DNA of 20,000 nucleotides from Chiloscyllium plagiosum (Eukaryota): assembly GCF_004010195.1 (NCBI RefSeq), contig NC_057751.1, positions 11,275,649 to 11,295,648 of the forward strand, read 5' to 3'. The notes below the pieces were generated by a model. That model was not told where the DNA came from. It ran no database searches and saw only the letters and a program-made list of their open reading frames with translations. This document shows positions 11,225 through 19,889 of the stretch, piece by piece. Position 1 is the stretch's first letter, and the number at the start of each line of letters is the position of its first letter. A program made the position numbers and the translations under genes.

Positions 11225-12483
11225 ATCCTCTGTGACAGCCGGTCCACTGCTCAGGTGTTGCTGTCACATCCAGGCAGCCGATAGGACAGGGATCATCAGA
11301 ATGAGAGAAACACACTGCCACATTCTGCTCCATTTCCAACAAACCGGGACAATTATCGCACGCAGACACAGAACCAACACAATCCCCTCACTTCATCGAA
11401 ATACACCAACAGCATGGTTCCAGCCTGAAGGAGACTGTTCAGCCCATCACATTCTCTGCTGCTTACAAGCAAAAGCAAGCTCTGATCACTCCCTGCTCTA
11501 CCATCACCCAGAGAGTACAGATTCTCACTCCATTCCCGGGGGCCACTGTCAGTAACCCTGGATGAAAAGGATTGAATGGACAATTGCTGGATTGCTTGGT
11601 TGAGAGCACTGGCTCATCAGCTCTGTCACCTTGCTTCAGAGACACCCCCTTCTGATGGCTGTCCAAGGAGGCCCAGCACCTACCTGAGTATTGCTCAGGA
11701 GGAGGAGGAGGCTAAGTCAACTTGCCCCTCTTCAAACCAGGAAACCATGGGCAAACCAGGATAGTCACACAACCTGCAGTCAGTCAGCCCAGCAGAGGCC
11801 AGGGGTTGGACGCTGCACTCTGTGCTCTCAGGAACAGACCCACGGACTTTGCTCAGCAGCTTCACGGGCAGAGAATGGGAAACAAACAGTTGCTGGGATT
11901 TTCAAAAAGAATTTTAAAAAAGCAGACGGAGAGAAGGCAGCATGACAGGAGCAGAGTATTCACCTCATTCCAACACCAAAGTCCTTCTTACAACATAACA
12001 AAGTCAATGCCCAAGCATTCTCTTCCATCACATCATTTAGTATTCATATAGCACCTTGAACAACACACAAAAATCCCAAGGGACTTCACAAGGCAACAAC
12101 CAGTAGTTCATGTTGGGCCATCTTATTCTGCACTAGCATGAGGAGATTGTGCACTGTATAATCACAGACATTTCATATTCGATCCCATCAAAACCTCGGA
12201 ACAGGCCACAGGGGAATAAGGATCCAAAACAGACAGGAGGACAGAATGGGATGCAACCTGCCCTCAGTTAGTGCCCTCTCTCCTGGGATCAGCATCCTCC
12301 CTATCAGGTTCCCTCAGGGTCTGTCCCCCATCTCCCCGGAGACCAGCCTGGTGATCCCTCTCTCCCTCAGGATCAGCCTCCTCCCCTCTCTCCCTCGGGA
12401 TCAGCTTCCTCCCCTCCCTCGGGATCAGCCTCCTCCCCTCTCTCCCTCGGGATCAGCCTCCTCCCCTCTCTCCCTCAGGATAA

Positions 12484-12794
12484 GGGCGGCACGTTGGCAC
12501 AGTGGTTAGCACTGCTGCCTCACAGCGCCAGAGATCCGGGTTCAATTCCCACCTCAGGCGACTGTGTGGAGTTTGCACGTTCTCCCCGTGTCTGCGTGGG
12601 TTTCCTCCGGGTGCTCCGGTTTCCTCCCACAGTCCAAAGATGTGCAGGTCAGGTGAATTGGCCATGCTAAATTGCCCGTAGTGTTAGGTAAGGGGTAAAT
12701 GTAGGGGTATGGGTGGGTTGCGCTTCGGCGGGTCGGTGTGAACTTGTTGGGCCGAAGGGCCTGTTTCCACACTGTAATCTAATCTAATCTAATC
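12484..12794 (+). mobile_element. Full-length, young HE1-type V-SINE inserted in the minisatellite
   Basis: Starts GGGCGGCACG. A box at 12495-12505, B box at 12539-12549, V domain, LINE-like 3' stem-loop GGCCGAAGGGCC and an (AATCT)n tail. Many CpGs are retained. Confidence 0.96.
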
Positions 12795-13139
12795 AGCCTC
12801 CTCCCCTCTCTCCCTCGGGATCAGCTTCCTCCCCTCTCTCCCACTCCCTCGGGATCAGACTCCTCCCCTTTTCCTCGGGATCAGCCTCCTCCCCACTCTC
12901 CCTCTCCCTCGGGATCAGCCTCCTCCCCTCTCTCCCACTCCCTCGGAATCAGACACCTCCCCTCTCCCTTGGGACCAGCCTCCCTACCCCCACTGTCCCT
13001 CTCCCTTGGGAGCAGCCTCCCTCTTCTCTGCCTCTCCCTCGGGATCAGCCTCCCTCTTCTCTGCCTGTCCCTCGGGATCAGCCTCCCTCTTCTCTCCCTC
13101 TCCCTTGGGATCAGCCTCCCGCTCCCTCAGGATCAGCCT

Positions 13140-14077
13140 NNNNNNNNNNNNNNNNNNNNNNNNNNNNNNNNNNNNNNNNNNNNNNNNNNNNNNNNNNNNN
13201 NNNNNNNNNNNNNNNNNNNNNNNNNNNNNNNNNNNNNNNNNNNNNNNNNNNNNNNNNNNNNNNNNNNNNNNNNNNNNNNNNNNNNNNNNNNNNNNNNNNN
13301 NNNNNNNNNNNNNNNNNNNNNNNNNNNNNNNNNNNNNNNNNNNNNNNNNNNNNNNNNNNNNNNNNNNNNNNNNNNNNNNNNNNNNNNNNNNNNNNNNNNN
13401 NNNNNNNNNNNNNNNNNNNNNNNNNNNNNNNNNNNNNNNNNNNNNNNNNNNNNNNNNNNNNNNNNNNNNNNNNNNNNNNNNNNNNNNNNNNNNNNNNNNN
13501 NNNNNNNNNNNNNNNNNNNNNNNNNNNNNNNNNNNNNNNNNNNNNNNNNNNNNNNNNNNNNNNNNNNNNNNNNNNNNNNNNNNNNNNNNNNNNNNNNNNN
13601 NNNNNNNNNNNNNNNNNNNNNNNNNNNNNNNNNNNNNNNNNNNNNNNNNNNNNNNNNNNNNNNNNNNNNNNNNNNNNNNNNNNNNNNNNNNNNNNNNNNN
13701 NNNNNNNNNNNNNNNNNNNNNNNNNNNNNNNNNNNNNNNNNNNNNNNNNNNNNNNNNNNNNNNNNNNNNNNNNNNNNNNNNNNNNNNNNNNNNNNNNNNN
13801 NNNNNNNNNNNNNNNNNNNNNNNNNNNNNNNNNNNNNNNNNNNNNNNNNNNNNNNNNNNNNNNNNNNNNNNNNNNNNNNNNNNNNNNNNNNNNNNNNNNN
13901 NNNNNNNNNNNNNNNNNNNNNNNNNNNNNNNNNNNNNNNNNNNNNNNNNNNNNNNNNNNNNNNNNNNNNNNNNNNNNNNNNNNNNNNNNNNNNNNNNNNN
14001 NNNNNNNNNNNNNNNNNNNNNNNNNNNNNNNNNNNNNNNNNNNNNNNNNNNNNNNNNNNNNNNNNNNNNNNNNNNNN
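13140..14077. other. Assembly gap (938 N) within the minisatellite
   Basis: Run of N flanked by the same repeat units. Confidence 1.
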
Positions 14078-14958
14078 CCCTCTCTCCCTCTTCCTCAGGA
14101 TCAGCCTCTCTCCCTGCTCCCTCTCCCTCAGGATCAGCCTTCCTACCTCCCCCCACTCCCTGATTCTGGGACCTGGGGGCCAGAATGAGACGGTGTACAA
14201 TCCCACTGTACCCCCCCGCTCACCATTGCCTCACTTCCCTCCCCATTTTGCGGGCTCAGAGCTGCAGTTGAAACGGGAGGAAAGGATTTCATGTTGGGAA
14301 TCTCGGTGGGGGGGAGACACAGGGACAGGATTGAGGAAGGAGCGAGCGTGGCTTTCTGTCCCGAAACCATTGTAAAATAATAAAACACACAGACAGAGAC
14401 AGACAGAGACACTGGGACACAGCAGAGCCCAGTTTCCATTCAACCGAAACAACCAGAAGGGGCTCAGCGTTTGCCAGAGATCCCGGGGTTTGCAGGGAGC
14501 GGGGGGGGGGCTCCCAAAGCCCGCCTTTCCCTCTCCCTCCTCTCTCCTTCCTTCTCCGGGTGCATCCAAGCTCCTTCCCCGGGAAAAGGTCCGTCTCGCT
14601 GCGTTTTCCCAGCGTCTGCCCTGAACCGGGGCTTGGAGGGGGGGAAGGACCACTTCCAACAGGGACCACCCCCGGGAATGGTGAGGAGATGGGGCCGGAA
14701 AAGGCTATGCGTTTCCATCCGAACCCGACTCCAAAGCCCCCTCCAGCCTGCAATCCCCCCCTCCCTGGGCGAGAGGGACGCGCGGGAGCACAGGCTCCAA
14801 ACAAAGGCAGCAGCCAAACTTTGGCTAACTTTTCTTTAGTTTCTCTCTCTCTCTCTCTCCCCACTCCCCTGGAAAGTTGCCTTTGTTCTGCGTGAGTCGG
14901 AGAGGAGTCTGTGTCTCTGTCTGTCCCCATTCCCTTGGAGCAGCAGCAACACACTCAC

Positions 14959-15110
14959 CCCCGGGCTCAGAGAGCCGAGCTTCGGGCAGCCTCTCAGTCC
15001 GCACCGCTCCCCCTTCTCGCTGCTGCCTCCATCGCTCCTGCGTTTTATCTTTCCTCCTTGGAGCTGGAGAGAGAGAGAGAGAGAGAGAGAAGGGGAGGGG
15101 GGTAGTAAAG
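14959..15110 (-). other. Candidate non-coding first exon of a minus-strand gene (5' boundary uncertain)
   Basis: Consensus donor GGG|GTGAGT with the intron starting at 14958, inside the CpG island. Contains a 12-aa uORF at 15032-14994. Confidence 0.4.
15067..15090 (+). repeat. (GA)n microsatellite
   Basis: About 11 GA units. Confidence 0.95.
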
Positions 15111-15268
15111 GGGGTGGTACACGTGATGCTGCTCACACTGAGATAGATAAAGAGGTAGGTTGGGTTTCTCCTTTGAGTGTTTGCTCTGAGCTGTGTGTGT
15201 GTCTCTCAGCAGTTGCAAGGTGCTGGGTATTTCCCCCCGCGAACCTCCCTCCCTCTCCCCCTCTCTCT

Positions 15269-15288
15269 CACACACACACACACACACA
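15269..15288 (+). repeat. (CA)n microsatellite following a (CT)n tract
   Basis: About 10 CA units. Confidence 0.95.
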
Positions 15289-15581
15289 AAGACCTTTCCC
15301 CCCCTCTCTGGTGTTCCTCCCGCTTCACGACCGAGGTGTGCTCCCCGCCTCAAAATAAAATCCAGAAAGCAACCCTCTCTCCCAGCGCCCTGCCCTGTCT
15401 GTGAGGGAACACAAACTTCCAGTGAAATGGGATCCCATTGGGATTGGCCTTGCTGTCTCTCCCTCCGGCACCGGGCCAGTGGCAGCCTGGCACCCCACAA
15501 CATCGGCACAGCAAGATCCCAACGGGATTTTTTTTTTTGCTCGAGGTGACAACTGAAAGCTGCACTCTTCAGTCTCTAATC

Positions 15582-15892
15582 CTGGAAAAGCACAGCAGGT
15601 CAGGCAGTGTCCTAGGAGCAGGAAAATCGACATTTCGGGCAAAAGCATCATGGTGGCTCAGTGCATTGCTGCTTCCAAGTGCCAGGGACCTGGGTTTGAT
15701 TCCAACTCTGGATGACTCTCTGTGCAGAGCTTACACATTCTCACTGTGTCTGCATGGGTTTCCACTGGGTGCTCTGGTTCCCTGAAACGTCGATTTTCCT
15801 GCTCCTCGGATGCTGCCTGACCTGCTGTGCTTTTCCAGCACTACTCTAATCTTGACTCTGATCTCCAGCATCTGCAGTAGCCACTTTCACCT
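15582..15892. mobile_element. Palindromic Penelope-like element whose centre is occupied by an HE1 SINE 5' fragment (about 15650-15781)
   Basis: Left arm CTGGAAAAGCACAGCAGGTCAGGCAG..GGAGCAGGAAAATCGACATTTCGGG pairs with right arm CCTGAAACGTCGATTTTCCTGCTCC..CTGCCTGACCTGCTGTGCTTTTCCAG. Flanked by AGTCTCTA(A/T)TCCTG at 15571-15584 and 15893-15906. Confidence 0.85.
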
Positions 15893-15951
15893 AGTCTCTA
15901 TTCCTGTACAGGTGTTCTGCAGAGAGCCAGTGAGAGGAGTTCTTCAGAGAT

Positions 15952-16270
15952 TTTTAGAACCTTTGCATGTGGAAGCAGGCCATCCAGCCCATTTCGTCGA
16001 CAGCATCCCACCCAGACTCATCCCCAACCCTATCCCTGTAACCCTGCACTTCCCATGGCTCATTGACCGAGCCTGCACATCCCTGGACATGACGGGACAA
16101 GTTCCCATGGCCAATCCACCCTAACCTGCACATCTTTGGACTGTGGGAGGAAACCCACACAGACACGGGGAGAATGTGTGAGCTCCACACAGAGAGTCGC
16201 CCGAGGTTGGAATCGAACCTGGGTCCCTGCCGCTGTGAGGCAGCAGTGCGCTGAGCCACCCTGATGCCAC
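15952..16270 (-). mobile_element. HE1-type V-SINE, antisense, diverged
   Basis: The reverse complement shows GTGGCTCAG, B box GGTTCGATTCC and TTTCCTCCCACAGTCCAAAGATGTGCAGG. Confidence 0.9.
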
Positions 16271-16711
16271 TCCCTCTGTTGCTTTGACTTGACCCCCACA
16301 TCTTGGATTTGGTGTCTTTCTGAATGAACCTTGTTGCATTTTGGTGGGCCATCGCTTAGCAGAGATGTTTGACTTCTTCAGGGGATGCTTTGACTGTTGC
16401 TTTTGATATCTGTCATTGAAAACTTTGTCTCAGAGTTCACTGGGAAAGAACATTGAGGGAGAATGAACAGTTCCAGTCACAATTGCTTTGGTATGGCGCA
16501 GATTGAGATCTGAAGAAACATTTGCAAATTGACGACCAAAGTCTTGGCCCTTAAAACTGTACACCTTCACAATAAAAAAACTTAATGCGGGTCAGATTTA
16601 AACAGAGACTTTGTGTAGTGCTCAGAACATTGGGGCGACACACCAAACCCCCCACCCCCCCAGATTTCTCAAATACTGTCACGGAATCTTACTTCCACTG
16701 AAGAGGGCAAG

Positions 16712-16880
16712 TAGAAACATAAGGAACAGTAAGAGGCCATTTGACCAGTTAAACCTGCTTCCCCATTCAATGAGATTGTGTCTAATTCTCCAACCTAACT
16801 CCTCAGATCCATCGGTTCCCCACATTCCTTTGTTTCTTTGGCGAATATGATATCTCTATCTCGGACTTAAAATGAATAAT
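16712..16880 (-). mobile_element. Old CR1-type 3'-end remnant
   Basis: AGGCCATT...AACCTGCTTCCCCATTCAATGAGAT...TCTATCTCGGACTTAAA resembles the reverse complement of older CR1 3' ends (recalled consensus). Confidence 0.45.
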
Positions 16881-17087
16881 TCATCTGCTGACTTCAGGTT
16901 AACATCTCATTGATGAACCAATGTCTTACACAGTGCTGTCCTGGTGTCAGCCTGCACGACATAGACAAGCCTTTGGAGTGGGACTTGAATTCTCATCTGT
17001 CTGGCCCAGGGCTGAGACTGTGAACAAGGACAAATCCCTTCTGGTTTTCAGCCAACCTAAGATGGTGCCCTTTCCTTGGTCAGCCCA

Positions 17088-17781
17088 GAACAGAGCATTG
17101 CAGCCATGACAATCAAGTGGACCGATAGTCGTCAAGATTAAGAGCTCGGTTTTAAACATGAATGGTTTCAGAGATCTCCAAATCCAGTGGTGCCCCCTCC
17201 TCACCAGAAGGTCCCAGATAGGGAAGGGTTAAATTCTGTCCTCACCTCTACTAAAACCTTGACTGATATCAACCTGGGATCTTTCTGTACAGCTCTATTC
17301 AAGCCACAGATATTTTTGTCTTGATTTTGATCCTAAAACCAATACTCTGGTAACAAGTACTGTGGTACTCTGCGTGGGTTTCCTCCGGGTGCTCCGGTTT
17401 CATCCCACAGTCACAAAGATGTGCGGGTCAGGTGGAACAGAGCATTACAGCCGTGACAATCAAGTGAACCGATAGTCATCAAGATTAAGAACTCGATTTT
17501 AAACATGAATGGTTTCAGAGATCTTCAAACCCAGTGGTGCCCCCTCCTCACCAGAAGGTCCCAGATAGGGAAGGGTTAAATTCTGTCCTCACCTCTACTA
17601 AAACCTTGACTGATATCAACCTGGGATCTTTCTGTACAGCTCTATTCAAGCCACAGATATTTTTGTCTTGATTTTGATCCTAAAACCAATACTCTGGTAA
17701 CAAGTACTCTGGTACTCTGCGTGGGTTTCCTCCGGGTGCTCCGGTTTCATCCCACAGTCACAAAGATGTGCGGGTCAGGTG
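17088..17781 (+). repeat. Direct tandem duplication of 347 bp (17088-17434 and 17435-17781)
   Basis: GAACAGAGCATT...GATGTGCGGGTCAGGTG occurs twice head-to-tail, with 9 substitutions and no indels. Confidence 0.97.
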
Positions 17782-17919
17782 AATTGGCCATGCTAAATTG
17801 CCCGTAGTGTTAGGTTAAAAGGGTAAATGTAGGGGTATGGGTGTGTTGCGCTTCGGCAGGTCGGTGTGGACTTGTTGGGCCGAAGGGCCTGTTTCCACAC
17901 TGTAAGTAATCTAATCTAA
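17716..17919 (+). mobile_element. 5'-truncated young HE1-type SINE; its first 66 bp are also present at 17369-17434
   Basis: CTGCGTGGGTTTCCTCCGGGTGCTCCGG...GGCCGAAGGGCCTGTTTCCACACTGTAAGTAATCTAATCTAA, close to the 12484 copy. Confidence 0.93.
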
Positions 17920-18983
17920 GAAGACAGCCAGCTTTTAAACCAGCACACATGTAAGCCTTTTTACCAGTATTGTAAAGCCTTCTGTTTTACATGAAACGAT
18001 ACCGGAAATCGGAGGATTCATTTGCGACCTTTTGGATTGAAAAAGAATAAACCTTGAACTCAAGTCACAGGATTTGTGACGGAACTTGCTCATACTGTTG
18101 TCAATCACCTATGCACACATTACATGTTAGCACAACAAGCAATTGCATCTTTCCATAAACTGTTGCGTTTACATTTACTTTAGTGCAAACAGTTATTTAC
18201 TGAAATATTTCATTTACAACATTCAGAAGGTCAGTTGAAAATGCAGCACAGGAAATGATTAGCATTAGACAAATAAAATGCAGATATATGTGTGTGTTCT
18301 TTCTGAACCCATCTGTACAGTTTTTGCTGCCTGTCCTGGCATTGTCCTCAGTCTGTGAAACTCCATCAGTCCATCTGTTTTTAGCTCCTGCTGTCAGGAG
18401 ATCTCCTGTCATGCTATGCACCATCCAAACACATCTTCTGTAGCCTGTCCACAACCACTGTATGACATCCATCATCCAACTCCACCCAGATCACCTCCTC
18501 TGTCTCTCTGCTGCCCTCTACTCTGCCCTCCAGGAGGAAGCTCTCCAGCTTCTCAGCTCAGATTAGATCTATCCAAGAAAACACACAACAGACACACCAA
18601 TACAGAGCGTGTTTTCATTGTCCGATAGATTGACAATGTAATATATTATGGACCAGACCGGACCATCTCAACAGATATGAAGAAGATAGCCCAGAGCCTA
18701 ACTTTTTCTTATTTTAAAGACAAGTGCAAGGTTTTGAATTGCATATGCAATTCAATTGGTCAAACAACCAGATTTGAAGCAAAACACACTTTATTCATTC
18801 ACAATAGTTAAAATACAACAAAAGAAAGAGGAAATTGGAATAACTGAACTCGATTGCAAAATTTAACAGAATAAAAGACTATTTTACAACAAGAAAGTAA
18901 CTGTTGCAACATAGTAACATCCCCAACAACACACACTTGACAAAAGCAAAGTCAATAAAATCGATTGTCTCCCATTCAATTCG

Positions 18984-19125
18984 GGGAGAAAGTGAGGACT
19001 GCAGATGCTGGAGATCAGAGCTGAAAATGTGTTGCTGGAAAAGCGCAGCAGGTCAGGCAGCATCCAGCGAACAGGAGAATCGACGTTTCGGGCATAAGCC
19101 CTTCTTCAGGAATGAGGAAAGTTTG
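18984..19125 (-). mobile_element. 142-bp young Penelope-like terminal fragment with a perfect 14-bp target-site duplication
   Basis: TCCCATTCAATTCG at 18970-18983 and 19126-19139. The body (CTGCAGATGCTGGAGATCAGAG...CTGGAAAAGCGCAGCAGGTCAGGCAGCATCC...TCGACGTTTCGGGC) is the reverse complement of the right arm of the 15582 element. Confidence 0.9.
19082..19109 (-). ncRNA. Minimal type I hammerhead ribozyme motif
   Basis: The minus strand reads CUGAAGA-A-GGGC-UUAU-GCCC-GAAA-CGUC. It has all core nucleotides, a perfect 4-bp stem II, a palindromic ACGU helix III and a GUC cleavage triplet. Confidence 0.7.
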
Positions 19126-19473
19126 TCCCATTCAATTCGAGCAGCCCAGGAGGAAAAACGTAATGAGAAAACTCCGAGAGAGAGTGAGAGTAGCAGGGAG
19201 AGATGCACTTCTGCTTCCAAACCCAGCCACAAGACCCCAACAATAATTGTGAGTGAAACAAAAGATCCCTAGTTCTGTGAGAGCTCAATCACACCCATTC
19301 AGGCTGCTTCTATTGTTCCAACTTTAAAAGAAACCTAAGGACTCACATAGTGTTTACTCCAGTGTTTACATTCTGTGCAGTTTGGAAGGTGAATTTGGTC
19401 AAAGTCATTGTGATATTCAGGTTAAAAATCACAGAACACCAGATTATAGTCCAACAGGTTTATTTGAAAGTAC

Positions 19474-19502
19474 AAACTTTCAGAGCACTGCTCCTTCATC
19501 AG
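19474..19502 (-). ncRNA. Second-family minimal hammerhead motif, partly degenerate
   Basis: CUGAUGA-A-GGAGC-AGU-GCUCU-GAAA-GUUU. Stem II is 5 bp with one G-U pair, and helix III AGUU is one change from palindromic AGCU. Confidence 0.55.
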
Positions 19503-19889
19503 TTAGCTAGTGGGGCAGGACCATAGGACACAGAATCTATAACAAAAGATCATTGTGCCATACAACTGAGATGATATGTTGAACAAACCTAGATTGCTGT
19601 GAAATCTTTTATCTTTTCGAATGGGTTGCAGGTTTCAATTCAGCGACACGTAAATCCCAGAACAACTTCCAAATCACAGTCCTGAGATAACTTAAGGTTT
19701 TATTAAAAAAAAGCGATATCTCAGCTCACATAATGCATTTAAGGTGTGAGGTTAGAGTCTGTCTGTATTCCAATCATGAGCCTTACTGGTTCTATTTCCA
19801 AAGTAGGAATTGATAAAATGTCACATGGATTGACTGCCGACAGACTGTGCTTTTTGAACAAAAGTGTGTCCGTGTGATGTAATACAGGC

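Larger units (their letters stand above)
12275..14170 (+). repeat. Pyrimidine-rich minisatellite with core CTCCCTC(G/A)GGATCAGCCTCC and a period of roughly 23-37 bp
   Basis: About 20 visible units separated by variable C/T-rich linkers. It continues on both sides of the SINE and of the N-gap and is degenerate at both edges. Confidence 0.95.
14200..15360. promoter_or_regulatory. GC/CpG-rich island, probable promoter and first-exon region
   Basis: Locally high GC and CpG density and no recognisable transposons. Contains (GA)n and (CA)n tracts, an E-box CACGTG at 15120-15125 and GATA motifs at 15141-15150. Confidence 0.6.
18645..19370 (-). mobile_element. Possible solo-LTR-like interspersed repeat that hosts the 18984 insertion
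   Basis: A-rich biased block beginning TTATGGACCAGACC, with a minus-strand AATAAA near 18790. Resembles shark LTR-like repeats from memory only, and no clean TG..CA ends or TSD were seen. Confidence 0.3.

Noticed and set aside
12484..12560. tRNA gene
   Set aside because: The A and B boxes belong to the tRNA-derived SINE head and continue into the V domain and LINE-like tail. There is no proper cloverleaf or terminator.
12275..14170. CRISPR-like array (constant core with variable spacers)
   Set aside because: The linkers are low-complexity C/T variants of each other rather than unique spacers, the period is irregular, there are no cas genes and the context is vertebrate.
12969..14375. Long ORFs of 357-468 aa in the ORF track
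   Set aside because: Artefacts of translating through 938 N and a stop-poor minisatellite.
14231..15651. Multiple overlapping 100-220 aa ORFs
   Set aside because: Expected in GC-rich and microsatellite sequence. The translations are low-complexity with no recognisable domain.
18180..18415. SECIS element downstream of the in-frame UGA
   Set aside because: The candidate AUGA...AA motifs lack a properly paired helix II and the opposing GA.
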